From NCBI GenBank assembly GCA_040398005.1, contig JBBAUX010000007.1, positions 35,621 to 99,620 of the forward strand: a stretch of DNA of 64,000 nucleotides, read 5' to 3'. Origin of the DNA: Opitutales bacterium (GTDB taxonomy: Bacteria; Verrucomicrobiota; Verrucomicrobiia; Opitutales; UBA953). This document shows positions 1-9,070 of this stretch, piece by piece. The notes under the pieces were generated by a model that was given only the letters and a program-made list of their open reading frames with translations, was not told the origin of the DNA and searched no databases. The position numbers and the translations under genes are program-made. Numbering within the stretch: position 1 is the first letter of the stretch; every line of letters starts with the position of its first letter.

Positions 1-579
1 CAGCATGTGTCACGCACTCTACAAATCCCCATTAACCAACTCGCGCATATCGGGGATAATCCTGATGAAGATGGTATCGGGGCACGCGATGCGGGTGTTT
101 TAGGTATCGTGGTTGGTGGTCGTCATGCCCCTGAAAATTGCCTACGTGCCGAAAAACTGGAGGAGATTCCCTATGTTGTAAGGGCTGTTTTAACCGAGGG
201 TAAAAAGAAAGGACGCTTTTCCAGAAATGTGATTAATCTCTTAGCGAACTTACGTGGACTACCTGAAGACAAGGGTCGATCCACGTTTCGTCAGAGTGTA
301 TCCATCGATGATGCGGTCACACAGGCTTTCCGAAAGCTGCGACTCGACAAACCTGTACCCGAGGATGCGATTGTCGCCTCATGGAGTAAATTGCTACCTC
401 TCAAGCTGGCACGACGCTGTGCGCCCTTGCGAGTCATCGAAGACGGCCGACTGATTATTCAATGCGAAAGCGCCGTGATTAAATCTGAAGCTAGATTTTT
501 CGAGAAAAGTTTATTGCTAAAAATCCGTGAGCTTCCTGGCTGTCGCCAAGTTAAAGCGATTTCCTGGGTTACGGCTTAG
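1..579 (+). CDS. 5'-truncated HAD-family hydrolase C-terminus fused to a DUF721/DciA-like domain
   Basis: Frame is open from base 1. HAD motif IV (HIGDNPDEDGIGARDAG) is followed in frame by W..LL...LARRCAPLRVIEDGRLIIQCESAVIKSE, which resembles DUF721/DciA. Confidence 0.7.
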   Translation, partial: QHVSRTLQIPINQLAHIGDNPDEDGIGARDAGVLGIVVGGRHAPENCLRAEKLEEIPYVVRAVLTEGKKKGRFSRNVINLLANLRGLPEDKGRSTFRQSVSIDDAVTQAFRKLRLDKPVPEDAIVASWSKLLPLKLARRCAPLRVIEDGRLIIQCESAVIKSEARFFEKSLLLKIRELPGCRQVKAISWVTA

Positions 580-973
580 GAAGCTTTTCTTTAGGCTCAA
601 AGGGTTTTAAAAATGTTTCCTTGAAGTCGTAGATATTGACGAAGTCCTCGATTTTATCTTCGGGAGAACGTCCAAAAAGCCCTGTATTTATGATGTTAAA
701 GACGATGTTACCGACATCGACACTCTTCTTGATGCCCCAGTTACTTAACAAAGCAAAGGAGAGGGGTCCGTACGTTTCTAAGGTGTGTTGACGAAGACCG
801 TCTAAGAGTTCTTGGCCTGTGACGTGACGATTAGCTTTCTTACTCCCCTTTTTTTCTTCGCCGTGAACTTTTTTTTGCGCGGCATCTAACGCCATGCGTA
901 CGAGGTGATAAGACTGCGGACTATAACGCGGGTCTTTTTCGTGACAAAGTTTAATCGCTTCTTCAAAATTCAT
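569..973 (-). CDS. Conserved Verrucomicrobia/Planctomycetes protein (Minf_1886 family)
   Basis: Motifs DPRY...Y..V..AL, RHVTGQELL, WGI..S.DVGNIVFN and FGRSPEDKIEDF. Start moved to ATG 973, just behind the hisC stop. Confidence 0.8.
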   Translation of the reverse strand: MNFEEAIKLCHEKDPRYSPQSYHLVRMALDAAQKKVHGEEKKGSKKANRHVTGQELLDGLRQHTLETYGPLSFALLSNWGIKKSVDVGNIVFNIINTGLFGRSPEDKIEDFVNIYDFKETFLKPFEPKEKLPKP

Positions 974-974
974 A

Positions 975-2063
975 TTAAAGTTTTTTAAGCTCATCGAGGA
1001 GGCGAGCATTCTGAGCTTCGGTGCCGATGGTGAGTCGAAGCCAGCCGGTCATGCCGTAACCTTTGAGCGGGCGGACGATGACTCCGACTTTCTGTAGTTT
1101 CACAAAGGCTTCTTCAGCATTAGGAATTTGGGCGGCTAAGAAGTTCGCTTTGCCGTCGATATATTTAAAACCCAATGCATTGAGCCCTTGGCTCATTTGT
1201 TTAATACCTTCAGCATTAATTCTCTTACTTTTATTAAGAAACTCTTGATCATCTAAAGCGGCTTCGGCGGCGGCGAGCGCTGGCAAGTTCACATTAAATG
1301 GTTGGCGCGCACGATTAAGTATTTCGCAAACCTCGCTCGAGCCCATCAGGTAGCCCACGCGTAGTCCGGCTAAGCCATAAGCTTTGGAGAACGTTCGAGT
1401 AACGACGATTTTCCGTCCGCCCTTGATCAGTTCGCGCAAGTCCGCGGATGAATCTAAATACTCGGTGTAAGCTTCATCTAAACAAAAGATAACATGGTCG
1501 GGTAGTGATTTCGCTAAATCAACAATGTCTTGGGGATTGTCCGTTCCGCCCGTAGGATTGTTCGGACTGGCTAAAAATAAAATACGCGTTTTGTCGGTTA
1601 CCGCTGCCCGCATCGCTTTCAAATCGTGACAGAAATTCGGCATGGGTACTTCGACCGGTGTAGCCCCCTGCATGAGGGTCGCTAATTTATAAACGACGAA
1701 AGCTTGTGATCCAAAAATAACTTCGCTGCCGGGTCGCAAGAAAGCTTGAGCTAAGAGAATCATGACTTCGTTGGAACCATTACCGATGACAAACTGATTC
1801 GGCTGCATGGACCAGGTTTTTGCTAGTTTTTCGCGAAGGAATGTCGAACTACCATCGGGATAAAGGTGGGCTGAGTCTAAAGCTTTTTTGGCCGCGGCCA
1901 GTCCCAGGGGCGATGGGCCTAAGGGATTTTCATTCGAGGCTAATTTAATAACGGAACTAGGATCGAGACCGAATTCCCGGGCCACCACTTCAATAGGACG
2001 CCCAGCCTCGTAGACTGGCTGAGAGAGCACCTGATGATTGGCCAATTCGGAATAGGTCGGCAT
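975..2063 (-). CDS. hisC: Histidinol-phosphate aminotransferase
   Basis: KLASNENPLG, GNGSNE, PNNPTG, DEAY and RTFSKAYGLAGLRVGY. Probable start ATG 2063 (MPTYSELAN). Confidence 0.93.
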   Translation of the reverse strand: MPTYSELANHQVLSQPVYEAGRPIEVVAREFGLDPSSVIKLASNENPLGPSPLGLAAAKKALDSAHLYPDGSSTFLREKLAKTWSMQPNQFVIGNGSNEVMILLAQAFLRPGSEVIFGSQAFVVYKLATLMQGATPVEVPMPNFCHDLKAMRAAVTDKTRILFLASPNNPTGGTDNPQDIVDLAKSLPDHVIFCLDEAYTEYLDSSADLRELIKGGRKIVVTRTFSKAYGLAGLRVGYLMGSSEVCEILNRARQPFNVNLPALAAAEAALDDQEFLNKSKRINAEGIKQMSQGLNALGFKYIDGKANFLAAQIPNAEEAFVKLQKVGVIVRPLKGYGMTGWLRLTIGTEAQNARLLDELKKL

Positions 2064-2156
2064 AAAGTTATATAACAAACCATTCTTGGCAATTTGGCAA
2101 GCGTCGGAACGCCCTCCCCGCTTGCTTAAATCAGTTTTTTTATATTTGTTTGAAGC

Positions 2157-3122
2157 ATGCGAATTATCGTTACAGGAGCTACCGGTTTTCTGGGGCGGGC
2201 TGTAGTCGAGGCCGCCCAACGCCGAGGGCATGATGTTTTAGCCATTGGCGGAAAGAATACACTCTATCTCAGTGAGCCCGTTCGCTTTTTGCAGATGAAT
2301 CTCTGCGACGAGGTAAAATTACAATCGCTCATGCTGGAAGAGTTTCCCCAAGCCGTAATCAATTGTGCAGGATTAACCAAGGTACATGATTGTGAGTCCA
2401 ACCAAGAATTAGCGACGCAACTCAATGAGCATTTGCCCAAAAAATTAGCACAACTTTGTTTCCACGTGGGCGGAAAACTTATCCATTTTTCGACGGACAT
2501 GGTCTTTGATGGCCAGACCGGTAAATATGGTCACACCGATCAGCCTCGACCGCTCAACACTTACGCCTCAACCAAGGCGGCAGGCGAAGTCGCAGTCCTG
2601 AATTACGGTAGAGAACATTCGGCAGTCGTTCGAACTTCTGTTCTCAATGGCAATTCTTTCACCGGACGATTCTCACTGCATGAGCGACTTTTTCATGAGT
2701 GGGCTACCGGTAAGGTCAGTTCACTATATACCGACGAAATTCGTCAACCCGTCTCGTACAGTAATCTTGCCGATGTCGCCGTAGAGTTATGTGAGAGAAC
2801 GACACTCAATGGCGTTTATCACTGGGCGGGATTAGATGCACTCAGTCGTTATTCAATCGGCCAAAAAATCGCAGAACACTTTGGTCTAAATCCTGAAAAA
2901 TTAATTAAGCCGATTACACGCGAAAACGTGACCGACGACCCCCTGCGTCCCCGTAATCTTAGCTTATTACTTCACCCCTTGGCTGGTAAGCTGAGGACCC
3001 CTGCGCAGACATTTAGCGACCAATTAGGCGAATTACGTGTGCCACGCGGCTGTGAAGACTGGTATGAAAAGGAAACTGGGCGAAAGGTCGTGCGTTTACT
3101 TCAGAAGTCGTTAGATTATTAA
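2157..3122 (+). CDS. Extended SDR oxidoreductase, dTDP-4-dehydrorhamnose reductase (RmlD)-like
   Basis: TGATGFLG nucleotide-binding motif, HFSTDMVFDG and YxxxK (YASTK). Confidence 0.85.
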   Translation: MRIIVTGATGFLGRAVVEAAQRRGHDVLAIGGKNTLYLSEPVRFLQMNLCDEVKLQSLMLEEFPQAVINCAGLTKVHDCESNQELATQLNEHLPKKLAQLCFHVGGKLIHFSTDMVFDGQTGKYGHTDQPRPLNTYASTKAAGEVAVLNYGREHSAVVRTSVLNGNSFTGRFSLHERLFHEWATGKVSSLYTDEIRQPVSYSNLADVAVELCERTTLNGVYHWAGLDALSRYSIGQKIAEHFGLNPEKLIKPITRENVTDDPLRPRNLSLLLHPLAGKLRTPAQTFSDQLGELRVPRGCEDWYEKETGRKVVRLLQKSLDY

Positions 3123-3123
3123 T

Positions 3124-3831
3124 ATGGATGTACTACCTCGCGAATGGTGCACTGCCGTAACCAATATGTCGGCCAATCTTCTGTTGCTCGATCATTATCC
3201 GCATCCGAAAAATATCCGCTTTCGTCCCTTTGCTTGGTCAGAACCTGCTTACACTTTTGGAGTTTCCCAGGACTGGAAAAAATATCGCGCAGTGGTACCT
3301 CCCCAAATGCCGCTGATTCGTCGCTCAACAGGGGGCGGTTTAGTCTCGCATTTAGAGGATTGGACATTTGCCATCGTCATTCCCATCGAGCACCCGCTGT
3401 ACAAATCAGGTACACAAGAAGCTTATGAAACTGTACACCAAGCGCTTCTCGAATGTCTCTTAGCTCAAAATCTAAAAGTTAAATTAGTACCGTTACCCTC
3501 TGCGCAAAGAGAATTCAAAGCACCGGATGAATGCGAGCATCATGCCGAGCCCCATGATTTGGTCTTGGTTGAGGATAATCGTAAAGTCGCTGGTGCGGCC
3601 CAAAAGCGTAATCGAAACGGCATTTTAATCGAAGGTTACATTTCACGCACGCTTTTAGCGGGCTGCGACTGGGAACTTTTTGCTGAAGAATTTCCGAAAG
3701 TTCTCGGTAAGGCGCTCAAGAGTGAACCAGTCAATGTCCACACTCCGATTTACGATCAATCACACCACGAAGGCTGTTGGGCTAAGTTTAATTCGTGCAG
3801 TTGGAATGAGCACCGAGACTTACCCGAATAA
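3124..3831 (+). CDS. Lipoate-protein ligase/octanoyltransferase (LplA/LipM) family protein
   Basis: IRRSTGGG.V.H and RKVAGAAQKR motifs. Confidence 0.8.
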   Translation: MDVLPREWCTAVTNMSANLLLLDHYPHPKNIRFRPFAWSEPAYTFGVSQDWKKYRAVVPPQMPLIRRSTGGGLVSHLEDWTFAIVIPIEHPLYKSGTQEAYETVHQALLECLLAQNLKVKLVPLPSAQREFKAPDECEHHAEPHDLVLVEDNRKVAGAAQKRNRNGILIEGYISRTLLAGCDWELFAEEFPKVLGKALKSEPVNVHTPIYDQSHHEGCWAKFNSCSWNEHRDLPE

Positions 3832-6390
3832 ATCTAACTCGGGTCCTTGATTATTTTTTTCGGTCGGACTTTTAGCTGCAGGAGTATCAGTTTTCTTCTT
3901 CGCTACTTTAACGGGTACGGCAAGTTCACTGACGTCGGCCGTGGTGACGACCTGTTTATTGGGTAGGCCAACACCGGTTTCTAAACCGGATAAAATTTCA
4001 CGTGCCCGCGATACCACACCAGGGGGCATTCCCGCTAATCGAGCGACTTGGATACCATACGAGCGATCCGCTGCGCCGGGAACGACTCGTCGGATAAAGA
4101 CAATTTCATCCTGCCACTCTTTGACTGCTACCGACCAATTACGTAAACGACTCAACGATGAGGCTAATTGGGTTAATTCATGATAGTGAGTAGCAAAGAG
4201 CGTTCGTGGTCCGGCCTTCTCTTTGCTATGTAAGTGTTCGGCTACCGCCCAGGCGATGCTGATGCCATCATAGGTGCTCGTGCCGCGACCGATTTCATCT
4301 AAAACAACCAAAGACTTAACCGTGGCATTATTTAAAATATTAGCGGTCTCATTCATCTCTACCATGAACGTAGAATTACCTCGTGCCAGTTCATCGGAAG
4401 CGCCGACGCGACAAAATACTCTGTCCACTAAACCGATGTGGGCTTCCGTGGCGGGCACCCAGCAGCCAATATGAGCGAGCAAAACAATCAGTGCGACCTG
4501 TCTAATGTACGTCGATTTCCCGGCCATGTTTGGGCCGGTGATTAATACGATTTGTTCTTTGCTCGATTGGAGATCGGTGTCGTTCGGCACAAAGGACCCT
4601 GCTCCGGGTCTGTTTTGTAAAACACGTTCAATCACTGGATGGCGGCCTTGTTTGATTTTGATAACGTCAGAATGGTCCACGGTCGGACAGCACCAGTTGG
4701 ACTCTCGTGCTAACTCAGCCCAGCCATGCAAGATATCCACTTCCGCCAATGTTTGTGCGGTCACCAAGAGCGATGAAGTTTTGGCCAGCACCTCGGAGAG
4801 TAAAATCTGGAACAAATCCAATTCACGCGAAAGCGCTTGTTCATCGGCTCGTAAGACTTCCCTTTCCTTTTTACGAAGTTCCTCGGTCGTATAACGCTCC
4901 GCATTCACCATCGTTTGTTTCCGAATATAGTCTGCGGGGACTTGGTCTAAATTTGATTTCGTTATTTCAATCGCATAGCCGAAGGCACCGTTATATTTTA
5001 CTTTTAAATTCTTAATACCTGTCCGGGTTTGTTCCTGACGTTCAAAATCGGAAATCCAAGTTTTACTATCGGTGGCGAGCGAGCGCAGGCGATCGAGTTC
5101 AGAGTCAAAGCCCGTGCGGAGTGCCCCACCATCGGTTAAATCGATGGGCAATTCGTCCGCTAGCGCTTTTTCGAGTTTAATTAATAGGTCATTTTCACAG
5201 TCAATTTTTTCGGCGTATAATTGAACGGCTGGATTAGGTAACGCGGCACATTCTTCTTTGAGGGCGGGGAATGCCTTGAGCGAATCGCGAATCCCACCCA
5301 GTTCGCGGGGGTTACGTAGTCGATTCTGTAAGCGGGCCAAAATTCTTGGAATATCACGTGTGTTACCCAGCAATTCGGCTACGCGGGCGGAGGCTCCCGG
5401 GTGTTTGAAGAAACCCGTGACGGCATTCTGACGTTGCTGAATGATCGCTAAATCCGTCGATGGTTCAGTTAGCCAAAGAGCTAAAAGTCTCGCCCCGCCC
5501 GCGGTGCAGGTGCGATCGATGGAATCTAAAAGAGAGGTTTCTTTGGAGCCGTTAGTACTATTAAAGAGTTCAAGATTCTTGGCCGAGGCGGCATCGATAA
5601 GTACCGAGGAGCCAAGCTTGAGTTCCGTCACTTTGAAAAGATTTTGCGGACGACTACACAACGAGTCGGTCACGTATCCAAGCACCGCACCGGCGGCACC
5701 GAGTGCGTGATGAGCATCATTAATTCCAAAGCCGGCCAGGCTGTGCACCGAGAGTGTTTGGCAAACGAGCTGAAACCCTGCGGTGCTCTCAAAATTCCAA
5801 CTCGGGAGGCGCGAGACTGAACGGCCCTCTAAAAAAATTTCGAGGTGTTGACTAAGCGCGGGATCCACTTCCAGATCTTCGGGTAATAATATTTCGCGCG
5901 GATTGATTGAATGCAAAAGTGACAACAAACGTTCCACTTGGGTGTCCGTCGCGATACGGAAATCGGCCGTTGAGACATCTAGCCAGGATGCGTGCCAACC
6001 TTGTTTATTCCAGTTGAGTGCTAAAAGGTAATTACCGCGACGTGAGTCTAATTGAGAATCTTCCAGTGCCGTTCCTGGTGTCAGAATGCGGGTGATACCA
6101 CGACGTACTAATTTACCAGTGACGGGAGCTTCGAGCTGATCGCAGATGGCGACTTTCCAGCCAGCTGCGAGTAGCCGGTTAACGTAATTAGGTGCCGCAT
6201 GGTAAGGCAATCCGGCCATAAGGGTCTCGTGGCGCTTGGTGAGGGTTAATCCAATGACCTTGGAGGCGGTCACCGCATCATCGCCGAACACTTCGTAGAA
6301 ATCGCCCAGTCGAAATAGCAAAAGAGTACCTGGTGCGAGTTTATCTCGCATTTCCCGGTATTGTTTTTGCATGGGGGTTTCTTTCTCCAC
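3820..6390 (-). CDS. mutS: DNA mismatch repair protein MutS
   Basis: TPM..QY, FRLGDFYE.F, TGPNMAGKSTY, STFMVEM, DEIGRGTSTYDG, FATHYHEL and SYGIQVARLAG. Confidence 0.98.
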   Translation of the reverse strand: MEKETPMQKQYREMRDKLAPGTLLLFRLGDFYEVFGDDAVTASKVIGLTLTKRHETLMAGLPYHAAPNYVNRLLAAGWKVAICDQLEAPVTGKLVRRGITRILTPGTALEDSQLDSRRGNYLLALNWNKQGWHASWLDVSTADFRIATDTQVERLLSLLHSINPREILLPEDLEVDPALSQHLEIFLEGRSVSRLPSWNFESTAGFQLVCQTLSVHSLAGFGINDAHHALGAAGAVLGYVTDSLCSRPQNLFKVTELKLGSSVLIDAASAKNLELFNSTNGSKETSLLDSIDRTCTAGGARLLALWLTEPSTDLAIIQQRQNAVTGFFKHPGASARVAELLGNTRDIPRILARLQNRLRNPRELGGIRDSLKAFPALKEECAALPNPAVQLYAEKIDCENDLLIKLEKALADELPIDLTDGGALRTGFDSELDRLRSLATDSKTWISDFERQEQTRTGIKNLKVKYNGAFGYAIEITKSNLDQVPADYIRKQTMVNAERYTTEELRKKEREVLRADEQALSRELDLFQILLSEVLAKTSSLLVTAQTLAEVDILHGWAELARESNWCCPTVDHSDVIKIKQGRHPVIERVLQNRPGAGSFVPNDTDLQSSKEQIVLITGPNMAGKSTYIRQVALIVLLAHIGCWVPATEAHIGLVDRVFCRVGASDELARGNSTFMVEMNETANILNNATVKSLVVLDEIGRGTSTYDGISIAWAVAEHLHSKEKAGPRTLFATHYHELTQLASSLSRLRNWSVAVKEWQDEIVFIRRVVPGAADRSYGIQVARLAGMPPGVVSRAREILSGLETGVGLPNKQVVTTADVSELAVPVKVAKKKTDTPAAKSPTEKNNQGPELDLFG

Positions 6391-6467
6391 GACTTACAAG
6401 CCAATAGAGCCCAGCGATGTGAGCAAGAATGGATTAATCCTGGGCAGGACTAACCCAGTAAATTTGT

Positions 6468-8042
6468 TCACATTACCTGAGCAGCTAATTCGGAAAGTGC
6501 ACTGCGTACGCCTTGGAGCAATCTGACATTAGCGGCGATACTATACCCTTTCATACGCTCGTGCGTGTGAATGAGGCCGTTAGATTTGCTGTCGAGGTAA
6601 GGAGTGTCGACCTGATCAAGGTCACCGATGAGGACTACTTTAGAGCCTTCGCCGATACGGGTAATCACGGTTTTAGCTTCATGAGGGGTCATATTTTGCG
6701 CCTCATCCACAATCATGAACGCATGACCAATGGAACGACCGCGGATAAAGGTCATCGCTTCAATTTCGATTAAACCCGAATCAATCAGCCATTGATAAGG
6801 TTTTCGGGGTTGTCCAATTTGCTGAAACTGTGAACCGAAAATAGGCTGGGCTGCTTTCATCGCCTGAGCCTTCTTCTGTTTTCGCTGCGAGTCTGTCGCG
6901 ATGGGTAGTTTATTATTCGCTGGAACTTGAGCGGCTGCGGGAGCTCCGGTGCGCGAAAAGAGAACTTCTAAGTTATCGAAATAAGGCTGAATATACGGAG
7001 ACAGTTTTTCTTCTTTGGTTCCTGGGAGTGCTCCGATATCTTTACCAATTTGGACGACCGGACGTGACACATACAATTTCTTGTATGGTGAGAAATCGCT
7101 CAAGACCTGAGAAAGGGCGGCGGCGATGGATAAGAATGTCTTACCCGTGCCGGCCCGACCGAAGCAGGTCACTAATTTAATATCGGGATTAAGCAGTGCA
7201 TCGAGGAAGATCCACTGTTCGAAGTTTTTAGGTATGACACGCATGCCGCGAGGCATCTGTAATCCTTTGCGTGCTCCACTCGCTGTGGAAATAAATTCAC
7301 GGTACAGACTCAGGGGGACAAACGCACCATCGCCCACGTGGCGGGCTGGCTCAGTCCAAGAATCCGAAGTGAGCACCACATACTCATTAATGATGGGAGC
7401 TGGATCGTCTTTCTTGAAATTAATGGCGACTTGGGCGACATCACGGAAATCGCGCATGGCAGCTGCGGAAATGGGCACCGAACGATATTCACCATAATCA
7501 CTGATCTCGATGCGGTCATTACGATAGTCTTGAACTTCGAGGCCGAGGGCTTGGGCCTTGAGTGCCATACAGGCGTCTTTGGTGACTAAGATGACTGAAC
7601 CTTTAGAAGTATCGCGTAAGTAAAGTGCGGAGGCGATGATGCGGTGATCAGGGGCGTCGACCTGCATGAACACCGCGCGAAGGCGTTCGTTATTGGGACC
7701 CGTAAAGTGGTCACGAATTAAAGACTCATTAACAATAATTCTGAGCTCACCGCCATCACGTAAGTCGGCGTGTAATGCGCCAGGCCTAGTGACATCGCCT
7801 TCCACGATATCTTTTAGGTTCTTATTCTCAAAAAGAGAACGCACGGTGCGATTGACGCGCCGCGCGCTGGCACCTAACTGACCCGGCTGGGTTTTGTGGC
7901 GATCCAGTTCGGAGAGTACTTCCACTGGGATTGCTACAATATGCTCATCAAACTTAAAGAGCGATTCTGGATCATGAATTAAAACATTCGTGTCCAAGAC
8001 GTAGGTTTTCTTCACACGACGATACTCAGTTATTTTTTTCAC
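6468..8042 (-). CDS. PIN-PhoH (PhoH2) family protein
   Basis: N-terminal PIN (YVLDTNVLIHDP, LVTKD). PhoH ATPase motifs GRAGTGKT, FIRGRSI, DEAQN and GD..QVD. Confidence 0.93.
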   Translation of the reverse strand: MKKITEYRRVKKTYVLDTNVLIHDPESLFKFDEHIVAIPVEVLSELDRHKTQPGQLGASARRVNRTVRSLFENKNLKDIVEGDVTRPGALHADLRDGGELRIIVNESLIRDHFTGPNNERLRAVFMQVDAPDHRIIASALYLRDTSKGSVILVTKDACMALKAQALGLEVQDYRNDRIEISDYGEYRSVPISAAAMRDFRDVAQVAINFKKDDPAPIINEYVVLTSDSWTEPARHVGDGAFVPLSLYREFISTASGARKGLQMPRGMRVIPKNFEQWIFLDALLNPDIKLVTCFGRAGTGKTFLSIAAALSQVLSDFSPYKKLYVSRPVVQIGKDIGALPGTKEEKLSPYIQPYFDNLEVLFSRTGAPAAAQVPANNKLPIATDSQRKQKKAQAMKAAQPIFGSQFQQIGQPRKPYQWLIDSGLIEIEAMTFIRGRSIGHAFMIVDEAQNMTPHEAKTVITRIGEGSKVVLIGDLDQVDTPYLDSKSNGLIHTHERMKGYSIAANVRLLQGVRSALSELAAQVM

Positions 8043-8061
8043 TGGAGCAATAAGTAAAAAA

Positions 8062-8367
8062 TTATTTCTGCAGGTCAGCGATCCGTCTCAGGTATTCCCA
8101 ACTGTAAATGCCGGTCTTGTGTCCGTCGCTAAACTCAAAGGTTACAGCATAGTTACCGATTCTTGTTAATTGCATGACGCTGACGCCTGGGAATTGTCGC
8201 GGGCCGTCCCCACCCCATCGCTTTCCAAGAATATCCACCTCGCCCATATTCTCGGCACTGGGTGAACGTTCCCGTAAAAATTCCCCACTCAGAAAATGTT
8301 CCGTTTGATCAGTCCACTGGATGGCAATAAAGTCACCGACGATTTCAATTTTGTTTGGGGCGAGCAT
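8062..8367 (-). CDS. DUF971 / gamma-butyrobetaine-hydroxylase N-terminal-like protein
   Basis: LR..SPSA and IGNYAV...FSDGH.TGIYSWEYL. Confidence 0.88.
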   Translation of the reverse strand: MLAPNKIEIVGDFIAIQWTDQTEHFLSGEFLRERSPSAENMGEVDILGKRWGGDGPRQFPGVSVMQLTRIGNYAVTFEFSDGHKTGIYSWEYLRRIADLQK

Positions 8368-8467
8368 TGATTACACTTATAAATCAATTCTTTTTACCGG
8401 TCAGGCAACCCGTAAACCTCGGTGAACCCTTGACTAAATATGAGTTATAAGTGAGGTTCATTTATTC

Positions 8468-9070
8468 GTGACTCCATCGTTTGAAAAAGTTCGTCAGCTT
8501 CTTCGCCAACTCCCTGGCCTCGGTCACCGCTCGGCAGAAAGAATCGCACTCTATTTATTAGTTGAGAAGCCAGAAAAATTAGGCCCCATCCTCGAATCTC
8601 TCACGGCAGCCTCCAAACTGGTAAAGCGTTGTAACCGTTGTGGCAGTATCGCTGAAGGCGACCTTTGTGAGGTTTGCGTGGATCCCAAGCGCGAGGTCAC
8701 CTCACTCTGCATCGTCGAGCAAGTGCCGGATTTGCTGGCGATCGAACGCTCCCAGGCCCACCGGGGCACCTACCATGTCCTCCACGGCCGACTTTCACCC
8801 ATCAACGGCGTTGGTCCCGAACATTTAAATTTAGCGTCCCTCGAGAAGCGACTTAAAGACGAGCCGATCAGTGAAATCGTTCTCGCACTGGGTAATGATA
8901 TCGAAGGCGAAGCGACCTGTCATTATATCCGTGAAAGCATCTCCAACGTTCGTGCCGGCATTAAAGTAAGTCGTATCGGCTTCGGACTACCCAGTGGCAG
9001 CGGCCTAACTTTTGCTGACTCCGCAACCCTGCGTAGTGCGCTGGAGGGTCGTCGCGATGTCGGAGACTAA
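8468..9070 (+). CDS. recR: Recombination mediator RecR
   Basis: HhH LPGLG.RSAER, C4 zinc finger (CNRC...CEVC), YHVLHGRLSP and IEGEAT. Confidence 0.97.
   Translation: MTPSFEKVRQLLRQLPGLGHRSAERIALYLLVEKPEKLGPILESLTAASKLVKRCNRCGSIAEGDLCEVCVDPKREVTSLCIVEQVPDLLAIERSQAHRGTYHVLHGRLSPINGVGPEHLNLASLEKRLKDEPISEIVLALGNDIEGEATCHYIRESISNVRAGIKVSRIGFGLPSGSGLTFADSATLRSALEGRRDVGD

Noticed and set aside
2064..2231. N-terminal extension of the hisC ORF call (also the extensions at 9012, 13574, 18697, 22897, 24177, 52571 and 53673)
   Set aside because: These longest-ORF starts overlap neighbouring genes or promoters, and family similarity begins at the downstream ATGs used above.
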